NCBI GenBank assembly: GCA_000165425.1
Contig: CT867985.1
Location: 744,001 to 808,000 of the forward strand
Direction: 5' to 3'
Length of the DNA: 64,000 nt
Origin: Paramecium tetraurelia
Lineage: Eukaryota
Shown here piece after piece: positions 34,170 through 46,875 of this stretch. A model generated the notes under the pieces. It saw only the letters and a list, made by a program, of their open reading frames with translations, ran no database searches and had not been told where the DNA came from. The position numbers and the translations under genes were made by a program. Position 1 is the first letter of the stretch, and each line of letters starts with the position of its first letter.

Positions 34170-35316
34170 TCAATAAATAGTTTGTATTGACTATTATTAT
34201 GATGTTTACTCCATTCTTACAGTGCCATGAATGTCTTCATCTAAATAGACATCATCTAAAATTTCATTAAATAAGTCCTTTAGGGATATTATTCCTTAGA
34301 GTTCTTACATAACTACGAATGCTATGTTAGTCTTGTATTTCTGAAACATCAACACCAAATCTAACATTTTTGTGTCCCCTGATATTATCAAAGGCTAATA
34401 GATTTTGACTAGTTCCACTATTAATTATCCATAATTTGATTCATCCAAAGTTACAAGGTCTTTTGATTTGAACAATCCAATTACACTGTTATTCTCAATT
34501 ATGGGTATCATTGAGTACTCCTTCACTTTTAATCTCCTCAATAATCTCTTGCAATAAGGCTCGTCTTGTTGGATATAACAAACCTGGTGAAGTGGTTTAA
34601 TATGATTGATCACCTATTTATTTCTCAATTTCATCACTGACACTATGATTTTTAATTCTTCTGGCTTTATCACATCTTATTGTTAGCAGATCTCCATTAA
34701 CTGTCGAATGTATTCCAAATGATATCTTTTACATTTTGTGCCCAGAACCTTATCTAGAATTAAACTTAAAGGGTAGCAAATCAAATATAAAATAGAAATT
34801 AGAAACTTTATATAAGGTGTTATGGATGATGCTATTCTAAATTGATGCTTCCCTGTCATAATTGCTGATGGAAATATCTCTCCAAATAATACAACCAATA
34901 TTACAGATATCAACAACGCAATCCAATCACCTGTGCTTCTTTTTATAAAAATAGGAAGGGATTCGTTAGCCAATGAATTTGCAACCAATAAAGTTGACAA
35001 TAGTAAATGGTGTTCCTATATTACAGATAAAATACGAGAAGCCTGCTATTATTTATATAATACCCATTTTTTATTCCTTCTCACTGCCGTATCTCAACTT
35101 CACCTCTATTGTTATTTGATCTATAGACAAAAGTCCTTAAGTTGCTCCACTGCAAAAACCAGAAAACAATATTAAGCAACTAATGGATAATTTAGTCTAA
35201 TACAAACTTATCATCCCATAGAAGATGTGATCTTCTAGTTAAATTATTTCAGGGTCTAAAGCAAAGCAATTCCCTATCAATCTAAAATATAAAATTATTC
35301 GAAATATTCGAAACAT
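34170..35316 (-). CDS. CNNM/DUF21 + CBS-domain membrane protein (Mg2+/metal transport related)
   Basis: HHLLLSTLLVANSLANESLPIF, VVLFGEIFPSAI, LICYPLSLILDKVLG, CBS pair GIISLKDLFNEIL. Confidence 0.9.
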
Positions 35317-35610
35317 TCTATTATTATTATTAATTTCTCAGAATTCTCTAAATTCTCTAAATTCTCTTTATTTATATAAATATTCGATCAAGTAAATTTT
35401 GTTTATGTCTTACACATAATGTTGTTCTTAAATGGAATTTAAAAGGATAAACAATAAAGATTTTGCCTTAATTCAAATCAAACCTCTTCCACAATCATTA
35501 TAAGATTAAGAGATTTTTAAAATAAGGTTAGTATATATACGAAAGTCAATAATTAAAACATATTATAAATTAAAATCTAATATAAGATATTATTGGCTTA
35601 TTTTAAGAAC

Positions 35611-36150
35611 ATGGGTTCCAATTGTTGTAAATAATCTGAGATCGTGAGCACTAATCAAGAATCTGAATTAATGGATCCCAATGATATGAAAATTGATTAA
35701 GAAATATATCCATAAAAAGTCCATAGAGGCTTCAGAAACATACTTTAAAAAAAGAAGTTAACGAAGTAAATTGATGAAGCCACCTCACTTACTTTACTTT
35801 AAAAGGAATTGAAAAAGTATACAAAGCGTCATAATTGCAACTAAACGATTCTTAGTTCTCATAATGAATAAAAATAAGACAACTTGCAATTAAAAAAACA
35901 AAGGTTGAAAAGCATAATTAAACCTCGGCCATCTCATTATTCGATATCATCTAGTACAAGACTGAATACTCAATTAAAGTAGGAAGAAAATTAACAAAGA
36001 AGTAGACAAAGAATACGTTCTGAAAAAAAGGTGAGGTTTAAGATTCCAAAATAACATAAAAAATCATCTCATTCTTACTCCATATCAAATAATAAATCTA
36101 GATTCCAAATCAACAATAACAGCTTTCAAACTCAATTAGGATAATTTTGA
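35611..36150 (+). CDS. N-acylated disordered protein with PP1-docking-like motifs (179 aa)
   Basis: MGSNCC start, KSIIK and KKVRF motifs; intronless. Confidence 0.78.
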
Positions 36151-36450
36151 TTAGTCAAATATTTAAAATTTGCACTTATCAGATATTTTTTTTTAAAAAA
36201 ATTCCATTTTTTTCATATAATTGTTATTTCATGAAAAATAAATAACTGAAATTATTTTTAATTAAGACATAAAATTACTTTATTTATGAATTACTCAATT
36301 GATTATTAAATTACTCAAAAGTATTAATACTAAATTGTGTATCTCGAAAGATATCTTAATACACTAAATTTTATATAAAAATTTAAAATTATATAAAATA
36401 TTAAACATTATTGATGAATCATTTTATAAATTATTATTATACTTAATTTT

Positions 36451-36945
36451 ATGGGTGCAGTTTGCCAATATTAGTAAATAGGCTCCGAAACTTATTTCAA
36501 TTAAGAAACTCAACAATATTTCCCCATTTCTAAAGAGTTAAAACCAAAATCTATAAATAGCAGTATCAAGCATGATTTAAAGGCTAAATATTTAGATATT
36601 GAATGTCAATTTTGCGAAAAACCTCTAATGAGAGAAATTGCTTCTTAAACCAAGATTTCATATAATAAAAATCAAAGCGTCAAATTAAGAAAGAATAGAT
36701 CAAATCCTCAAAAAAAAAAAAGAAATTAGAAAAGCAAGGATAAAATAGTTTTTGAAAATCTTGAATAAAATGAACAACGTTCATTAAGTCAAACTTCCAA
36801 GACCTAAAATAAACTCCATAAATGTTAGTCTTACAAGAAAAAGGGAAAAGATTAATATTAAGACTTTTAACCATACATAGTTTTGATTAACTCTCAAAAG
36901 GAATCAAAATTTAGCCATTAAACTTTAAATTAAATAAAAAATTGA
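36451..36945 (+). CDS. Small basic protein with MGAVC N-acylation motif (164 aa)
   Basis: Single frame ATG 36451 to TGA 36943-36945. Confidence 0.65.
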
Positions 36946-37949
36946 CTGAAACTGTGAATGTTATGATTTCATAATCTAAAGTCTATATATTTTGTATATG
37001 AATAAATAATACCTTTATTCAACACTCTTCAATCGCTATTCGTATATTTTAACACTTCTGGTTACTTATGAAATTATTTGTCATTTGATAAAGATTTTGA
37101 CTATATTTTAGATTTGTTTAAATATTCATTTTTCATTTCAAACTCATACAATTCAAAATATAACCTGGTCTAAAGTATATAAAATTAAAATTACAATAGT
37201 ATGATAGGATACAATAAGTATTAAAATTAAATAAATTTTCGACTCAATTTTCTCTGGATTCATTTTCTTTTAAAGAGCAAAGTTATTTATTTTGGATAAA
37301 TAAAAATAATTTTTTATTTTTCTTTAAAATTTTGATTAAGCAACACGTTTAAATATTAAATAATTCCATAAAACCAAATTAAGAAAGAAGGTTATCATTT
37401 TTTCTCATTAAAGTCAACTTAACTCAACTTTACTAATTTTTTAGATAAAAGAATGTTGTAATTATAAAAATATTGGTAAATAATATAATCTGTCCCAATA
37501 AGAATAATTCACCTTTGGGAATTTGGTATTAAAATTTTACTAAAATACGAAAATCGAAAACACTTCAATAGTTCATAAATATTTTATTATAAATCATTTT
37601 GGAAGAATAAATAACTGATTATTTGTTTAAATAAATCAAAATATATAATTACTCTACGGCATTTAAATTGAAAAATAATAAAACTTTAATTGAGGATTTT
37701 ATAAAAAACTAATGTCTATAGAGTTTAACTTAGTTTTTAAGTTTTATTTATGATTTTAATCTTAATAGATTTAAGGTTATTTCTGTTTGGGTTAGATAAT
37801 AATATTAAGTTTAATAGCCTAATGTCGATCCAATGCAAAAGTAAACCATATTTTTATGCATCTATTTATGTTTTATTGCAAAAGAATTATTGATTAAATT
37901 GAAAAAAAAATAAGAACTGAAATAAAATTTTTATTTATTTATTTATTAA

Positions 37950-38806
37950 ATGGATCCCAATGCATAAATTAATGAGAGATACACAAAATTATAAGAAAAA
38001 TTGAGCACACTGCAACTTGAGGTTGATACTACAAAAGATGCAAAAATAGATGAAATTTATGATAGAATCAATAAGGCTTAAAGTGAATTGAAAGATATTA
38101 TCAATAATTACAGTGAATAACTCGTAATATTTTCTTGTAAACATAGGGATAATTGGCAAACCAATATTCAGATCTCAGCAAATAATTCGATAAGCAAAAT
38201 GAATAATATGGTTCTGCACATGAAAAAAAACTAAAGGAGATAAAAAATTTGGAGAATAAGCTTTAGAAGAAGCTAGAAGATGACAATAAGACAAATAGAG
38301 AATAAAGTGATCAAGTCCTATCAAACTATGATTAATAAGTATATTTCTTAAATTTATAATATTAAAGGTCTAAGATCTACTATAACAAATAGGGCAAGAG
38401 ATAAAAGTTAAGAATCAACAGGTAAATATAATAAATACTACTCTTTAAAATGATTTACCTGCTTTGTGGTAATATAATGTATAAGAAAATTAAGAAAGAG
38501 TTCAAGAGGACTAAGATATTGTCAAAAGAGCTAGTAATGAGATTTCTAAACTGTTTGAGTAGGCAAATTAAGGAAAGTAATAGAGGTAAATTAATTCAAT
38601 AAATTTATAGAGAGGATGCAGAAGTGAGTATGTTTTCGATGTTGAAAGAAGTGGTAGTAAGAATCAAGAGTGAATTAGAAGAGGAGAGATAATTAAGAAT
38701 GGATGGACATGAGGCTTTATTGACCATACTTGAAGAAGCTTATGAGAAAATGGAAGAGACACATGCAAAAGTTTAGTAACAAAAGGCTGCTTTACAAGAA
38801 AAATGA
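37950..38806 (+). CDS. SF-assemblin/beta-giardin-like striated-fibre coiled-coil protein
   Basis: ~260 aa coiled coil ending MFSMLKEVV.RIKSELEEERQLR..HEALLTILEEAYEKM, typical of ciliate SFA proteins; 3 introns. Confidence 0.7.
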
Positions 38807-39191
38807 AATATAATATTCAGTTCAATTTTTATCATATATATTTGACAATTTTGTATTCTATTAAAAGAAACTACAAGCAATTATTAGATAGCAATCAAAA
38901 TAATAAATAGAACTGAATTTCAGAAATAAATCTATTCTTATAATAGAATGACTCAAATTTAAGACTTTTGGAGTAATAGCCTTAAAAGGTATAGTCAGTA
39001 ATCAAAATAGAAAATATTCGAATTGTAGATTAGAATTAGTCATATTATTTATGCATACAAAAAGTTTGATAATGAGATTATATTAAAATAATTAAATTTT
39101 AGTTGTAATTTTAATTTATAAATTTACTTATAGATTCTATTTGTTTAATTTATAGCAATAGGTGATATAATTTAATAAAATCAATGATGAT

Positions 39192-39998
<807 letters not shown>

Positions 39999-40331
39999 AA
40001 TAAATGTATTTATTTAAATTTATTACTGCCTCGTTATAATAGAAATATTAATTAGGAAATTTCTCCTTTTCTCATACAACGACACTAAATTTTATATTAA
40101 TTATTCTCATTCCACAAAACCATTTTTCACCTATGATCAAAATATGCTCTATTAATGAATCAGCCAATCCAATTACGCTAAATAGCAAAGGGAAATCATA
40201 AAATAAGGAGTTCTAAGCATTTTCCTAGAAATTCAAATTGTGATTAATTTTTTTGAAAAACATTAAATATTCTAATTTCTGCATAATATCTTATTTAATA
40301 TTTATTTGTTTTATAAAGAAGAATCGACAGG

Positions 40332-41130
40332 ATGTCTGAGGATGCCGAGTAGAGTTTTAGAGTTAACGAGATAATTTGGGCGAAAGTCTTAGGCTGTAAG
40401 TATAATCTAATTCTTTAGATCCATGGTGGCCTGCAAAAGTAATTATACAATAATCATCTTTTAGATTGCTTCAATTACTAATGCGAATGGCAAGAATGGA
40501 TAATATTGTTAATACAGAGTCAATTTTATTGGAGACACTTCGCAGTATCATTTTAAGTTAGCATTATAGCGCCTACTTAATATTTGATAAATTGAAGAAA
40601 TGGAATCCAAAGCCTATACAATTTGAAACTAAAAAGTTAAAAGAATCAATAGATTTAGCTAATAATATGATTGAAGGACTAGAGAAAGCATCAGAAATTA
40701 AATTAGGCAATCTAAACGAGCATATTTTAAAGGATCTAACTATTAAACTGAATGATCTTGTTTATCATAAAAGTTCTATATAGGAAGTAAATTGATCAAA
40801 ATTATGTCCTAGATCATTCAAACTTTGAATCTAATAAGCAACAATGAAAAATTGCAAATAGTCAAACTAAATTTAGGATAATAATATTTTGCATTGTATT
40901 AAGCCTTAAAATAAGGGAAAGGAGAGAGTTATCTTCAAATAACATCAGATTTTATAGATTAGTTGAAAGCGACCATTGGTTTCTAATTGCAGCAAGAGTT
41001 CTTGACCAATTAAAAAAAACAAGAAAAGCCTACTCCCAACAGTGATGACACCAAGGAAATCACTGATTCTCCGATAAAGAAAAAGAAAATTGAAGAAATC
41101 TCTAAAGATACACTTTGTAATTAACATTGA
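40332..41130 (+). CDS. PWWP-domain chromatin reader
   Basis: IIWAKVLGYPWWPAK..YRVNFIGD assembled across short introns; basic C-terminal KKKK NLS. Confidence 0.88.
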
Positions 41131-41742
41131 TTTTATATTAATTATTTCTACGTATATTTTCTTCTATTTCTATTACTTTTTATTTTTCCCATTAGTATTA
41201 TAAAAAGATTCTGATTAAAAATTACAAATAGCATACTAAATGCTTAACTTTATATACCAATTTTAGAGCCCTTTCTCAAGTTCAACTTATAATTTACTTT
41301 ATATAATATCAAAGAGGAAGAATAAAATTACATGTTTCTAGGTTCCCTTCTAAAATTAAATACAAAGTTGTCTAATAGACTCTAATGCGATTTTGAAGAA
41401 TCCGCACTTTTTTTTGCTTCATTAAATTAAACATTAATTAAATTTATATAAATAGAATGCTTATAATTAATTAGTTCAATTGCCATGTTATTTTTCATTT
41501 CTTCAAACAATGTCATAAAGATGGTTATAGCAAATTCAATCAATTATAAGTTGGATTGTTAATTTAACAACCATTTATCAGTAAACTAATTTAAGTTAAG
41601 TAGATGAAATAGAAATGGATCAATATATCTTTTAGAGTGATGTCTTCTCATATTTCTCTTCCTTATCCTCACTAGAATCAGTATTAGTAAATGGTATTTA
41701 TATATATATTTGGAACAAATAAGAATATAGATAAGTAACAAA

Positions 41743-42057
41743 TCATTTATTATTTTTCTTTATTTTCTTTAGACACCCTAAGGCCTGTCTTAATTTATTC
41801 ATTCTAGCTTAGTTTGTTAGTTTTTGATGATGCATGATCATCCTATTAACTCTACATCTAAATTCATCAATTTGAGTCTTTGATGAATCAAGGAAGTCTT
41901 ATGGTATAGTATGAAATGCCTAGTCTAGTTGATCAAGAGCTTTTTCTGAACTATCAAAAAGAACTGACTAAAGTTTTTATTATGGAAGTCTCATAAGAAG
42001 TATGAGCATAGTTCTCGATTCTTCAAGTATCTTAGGTTGACTTGATTCCGTAGTCAT
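41743..42057 (-). CDS. Hypothetical small protein (104 aa)
   Basis: MTTESSQPKILEESRTMLILLMRLP.. to ..KKIKKNNK*. Confidence 0.7.
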
Positions 42058-42526
42058 AGCAAGATGATTTGAATTATTTTTTAAAAATAATCAAAAATTA
42101 ACCTCACTCTTGCTTTATTGTTGTAAAATAACAAATCAACCTCATTAAATATAATACTTTATAATTAAACCCTAAAAATAGTTCTCAAATAATTTTAAAT
42201 AAATAAATTTAGGAATACCTCAACCTCATTTTCTAAAAAATACTAAAGAGATACAAAACAAAACAAATACCTCTTAGTTTAGAAACTAAATTTTAGTATT
42301 AAATTAATTAATGCGTAATTAAATTATTATAAAATGAAAAATTATTATTTATTGATGCTGACTTCATTTATTAATCATTTTCACACTATTTGATCAAGGA
42401 AGATCACTATCGACTTTTATAAATAGGTAAGTTATTAGCTGTCATTAGTTATAATTCGAAAAAGAAAATAAAACATTAATTATTGATGCAATGTACATGT
42501 TTAATGGAAAAATACTAAATTACTAA

Positions 42527-43063
42527 TCAACAATCTTATTATTATTCGATAATGGTTGTTGTAACCATTCTACTTTTATAATATTTAATTAATTCTTTAG
42601 GAGCGTACTTAGCAACTTCGGTTGTAAAATAATCTCTAGATTTCGGAATTGTACCATTAGACCTTGAAATATTAAAAAATAGATACCTAGGTCTCCATTG
42701 TATAGTAGCTATTAGCTTATCATTCAAAAATGATTTCTTCACTGAAATAATTTTTTGTATTTAGTCACCCTACGAAAAGTCACCATTCTCAACTTTTGGT
42801 CCTAATGAGAATGATTCAGCTTTAAAGGTATCTAAACTTAAATCATGGATTTTTTGAATTTTTGACAATTTAGAGGTTGTCATTAGATTTTATGTAAAGT
42901 CATCCTCTCTCTCATACCTTGTAAAAATATCAATTAGATTATCTAAATTGTTATTGTATTTTGAAATATGTTGATCAGCATCTAGAACTTCCAATTTAGT
43001 TTTCTTTCTTTACTAATCTTCCTACTATTCTAATGTTTACTTTTTTCTTGTATTCTTTTTCAT
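42527..43063 (-). CDS. Chromoshadow-domain protein lacking a chromodomain (170 aa)
   Basis: GDFSQGD..KII..IQWRPRSNGTIP..APKELIKYY matches the ciliate HP1-like CSD pattern; intron 42663-42686. Confidence 0.72.
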
Positions 43064-43296
43064 TATTTATTTATTAGCTAATAGCGGAAAATTTTTGTGT
43101 AAATTTAATTATAAAATACATACAATTAATTTTCCAATAATATTTATAAAATATGTGCATATCACTTTTGTAATGATCTATTTTTTAAGGATTTGTACTT
43201 CTTGACTTTCTTAAATAAGACATATATTTTGAATTTCGATCAGTTGCAATGAGTTTAATTTTACATTATATAAAATTTATAATATTATATAAAAAG

Positions 43297-45830
43297 ATGT
43301 TCAGATCACAAGAAATGAGTTATTTTTAATTAGTGATGCCCTAAGACAGTGCGTGGACTATCATGGATTAATTAGGTTATTTAAGTAAAGTGGAAATTAT
43401 TGATCATAATCGTAATGAAGCCTTAATCAATAGACCATTTGCAAATTACGTTAAAAGGTAAATCATCTATAATAACTATATAGATGTGATGACTTGATGG
43501 TAAAAATTGAAAATATGCTTTAAGTGGCAAAGAATTTAAATTTGCTCTCTAATTATAAAAAAGGAAATTTGAAATAGTTTACAAATCAAGTATTCTATGG
43601 AATTTATTTATTGTTTATAGCAAAATTCACATACTCACACTTATCTTGATAAGATTGAAGAAGACATAAATAAAAGAACTTCATCTTTTCAGGAGTAAAA
43701 TAAGCATCTTGAATAACTTATTGATTAATCAGAATACATACAAAATTATATTGAAATTTTAATAGAAAGTCAAAGGTATTTAGGGGAGAATGCATTTCAA
43801 AATCAACAGACCTCAAAATTTGAATACTATGTTGGGATACTTAAAAATTAAGAATAATTATAGTATTTATGTTTAGTAGAATAGATTCCATCGAGTGATA
43901 TTTAGAGTGACCAAAGGAAACTCCTATGTTCATTTGAAGAGGATGAATGAGAAGTAATCAATTTTCATCGTTTTATTTCCAAATATAGGAAACTATGGAA
44001 AATAAAAGATCCAAAAAATTGTAGAATAAGTATCCTTAGGAAAGTTTGCTTTGCCTTAGAATCTGTTGGAATTTGAAAAAAAATTATATGAATTGAAGAA
44101 TAAAGAAGCTGAATATATTAATGTAATTTACAATACAGAATATAGCTTATAAAAATGACTCAGAATTAACTATGCTAATGCATATCAAATATGTTAGTAA
44201 TAAGAAATGGATTACCTTTGATAGAATATTATAAGTTTTATTTAATCAAAGAAAAGGAACTTTACAAAGAGCTGAATAAGTTAAAAATGCAAGGCAGGTT
44301 GTTCCTAGGAGAACTATGGGTTCCAACAAAAGATATTTAACAATTAGAACAAACTATATAAGTGATTAAGGAATAGCAATCAAATAATCCTGGGGGTTAG
44401 TTAGCCTAAAAGAGTCCTCCTGATTTTCTGTAGAAACCCACTTATTTCAAATTAAATGAGTTCACTTAGGTATTTTAAGAGATAGTCAACACATATGGGA
44501 TTCCAAGATATCAAGAGATAAATCCTGCAATAATAACAATAATTACGTTTCCATTTTTATTTGGAGTAATGTTCGGAGATATAGGTCATGGATTTGTATT
44601 ATTTGTGTTTGGATCTTATCTGTGTTTGTTTAAGAATAAATCCTTCTACAATCTAAGATATCTAATCCTATTGATGGGTGTATTTAGCTTTTATTCAGGA
44701 CTAATTTATAATGATTATTTGAGTTTATCCTTAAACCTATTTCAAACTTGTTTAGGATCAGAGGATTAATGTGTCTACCCATTTGGAATTGATCCAATGT
44801 GGGGAGACCATTTAGAATTCAACGATTCATTTAAAATGAAGTTAAGCATCATAATTGCATTTTGTCATATGTTATTGGGAGTTTCTTTGAGTGGTTTAAA
44901 TTATCTATTTTTGGAGGATTGGCTACGATTAACTTGTAAATTCATTCCATAATTATTATTTTTGATATGCACAATTGGGTATATGGTATTTTTGATAATA
45001 TACAAATGGTTGACACCTTTTGAACCATAAAATGCCCCAAGCATAATCACTACAATGATATCAATGATTTTGAATTTAGGGAGAATATCAGGTCCTTAAA
45101 TGTGGGAAGGAGACTCTTAGAACTATGTTTAATATTGTCTTTTAAGTATGTATTTTATTTAGCTTCTAGTAATTTGTATCATCACAATACCTTGGATGTG
45201 GTTACCATCAATTATCAGTCACTTGGTAAGAAGGAAAAGTCATTAATAAAGTAAAGATAAACTTAAGACTCACAGAGTAGATTATGGATAATTAATAGAA
45301 GAATCAGGAGTTGAAATGATCTAAACTAGTTCTTATAGTCATGAGTAAACTGATGTAAAATAGAATAAAGAATTGCAAGACTCAAAAGTGCAGATTTAAT
45401 AAAAGGAGCATAATTCACATTTAGGTATTGAAGATATGATTGTCCATGAAACCATTGAAACATTGGAATATGTCCTTGGGGTAATATCAAACACTGCAAG
45501 TTACTTAAGATTATGGGCATTAAGTTTGGCTCATTCTTAACTCTCACAAGTTTTCTTTGAATTGTTGCTCGTACAACCAATTAATCATGGATAACCAATT
45601 AGTTTAATGATAGGGTATCCATTTTGGGCTTTGATAACTTTTGGTGTTCTGATGTGCATGGACAGTATGGAGTGTTTTTTGCATTCCTTAAGATTGCATT
45701 GGTAACTATGAGTCATTTAGAATATAGGGTCGAATTTTAGAATAAGTTTTTTAAAGGCGACGGTGTCTAGTTTAAGGCCTATTCGTTTAGAGATAGAATC
45801 AAGGACAGTATCAATTTAGAATCGTAGTGA
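43297..45830 (+). CDS. ATP6V0A: V-type H+-ATPase V0 subunit a
   Basis: [58 protein letters not shown] (essential Arg), LRLHWVEF. Confidence 0.96.
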
Positions 45831-45919
45831 GGGATTGGAATAATGTAATTAATAGAAGATATTATATCATCAACTATTATTCTCTTTATTGCGTATTCTT
45901 CGTTGAAAATAATATTATA

Positions 45920-46320
45920 ATGAATAAGAGAGTTGATCCATATTAATTAAATATTGGTTATGAAAATGACATAACTAAGACTAATATTTTAACTAATGGG
46001 GATTACTTAAGTTCATAAGGAGTTGAGAATCAGATGAATCTTCCAACAGAGCTTGATGGTATATGATGAATTAAACAATTTAAGATCATGAAGGGCCCAC
46101 CCTTTTCTATTGTCATCATTGCAAAATGGATTCAGTTTCAACTTGTGAGTATTAGGCTTCGAGTTAAACATTTCTTTGTGCATTTCTTCTATTTTTTATT
46201 CTCAACCTTTTTGGTTGTCTAATCCCTTATTATTCAACTGCATGTAAAGACAGAAGGCAAATATGTCCACGATGTAGAAAATTGGTAGGAATCAAATATT
46301 ATAATGCGTGTGCCTGTTGA
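45920..46320 (+). CDS. LITAF-domain zinc-ribbon membrane protein
   Basis: CHHC, hydrophobic hairpin, GCLIPY..CKD..ICPRC; one intron. Confidence 0.88.
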
Positions 46321-46366
46321 AAACACAATTTACAATCTTATAATTTGATTGATAATTATTTATTGT

Positions 46367-46875
46367 ATGATTGTTAATTAAATTTATTAACCAGTTGAAT
46401 TCATTTATTCATATACGATAGGTGGAAAGGAACAGTAGCATTTATAACTAAAAAATCAATTGCCTTAAAAGAAGAGAAATCTTACAGAAGAAGATAGAAG
46501 GAAAATAAAAAATGAAATCTAAAATGAGTTTAACAAAAAGAAAACTCTTAAGAAAAAAATACAAAAGCAAATTATTATAAAAGTAAACCATAAAAAATAC
46601 TTAAAATTGTACAAGAATACATATTTATTTGTAGATTTATTAAATTGAAGAGTAGAAAAAATAAAGTGAAAAAACTATTACTTGGAAAGAAAATTAAAAT
46701 CATAAAACGAGAGAGAATCTTCCAATTGGCTTAGGATGATGTAGATTAGTAGGTAAAAGTGAAGGATGCCTATGATAAAGAATATGATAAGGGTAAAGTT
46801 AAGAAAATTAAGAAGAAGAGAGAAAAATAAACTTTAGATTTTGATTAAGCATATAAATTAAAATATAATAAATGA
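46367..46875 (+). CDS. Small Lys-rich, probably nucleolar protein with YDKEYDKGKVKK motif
   Basis: Open frame ATG 46367 to TGA 46873-46875 with intron 46609-46634; the middle segment looks off-frame (see findings). Confidence 0.6.

Noticed and set aside
41386..41415. Small hairpin TGCGATT..AATCCGCA followed by a T-run (Pol III terminator-like)
   Set aside because: The stem is short and bulged, with no telomerase template or A/B boxes upstream; expected by chance in AT-rich DNA.
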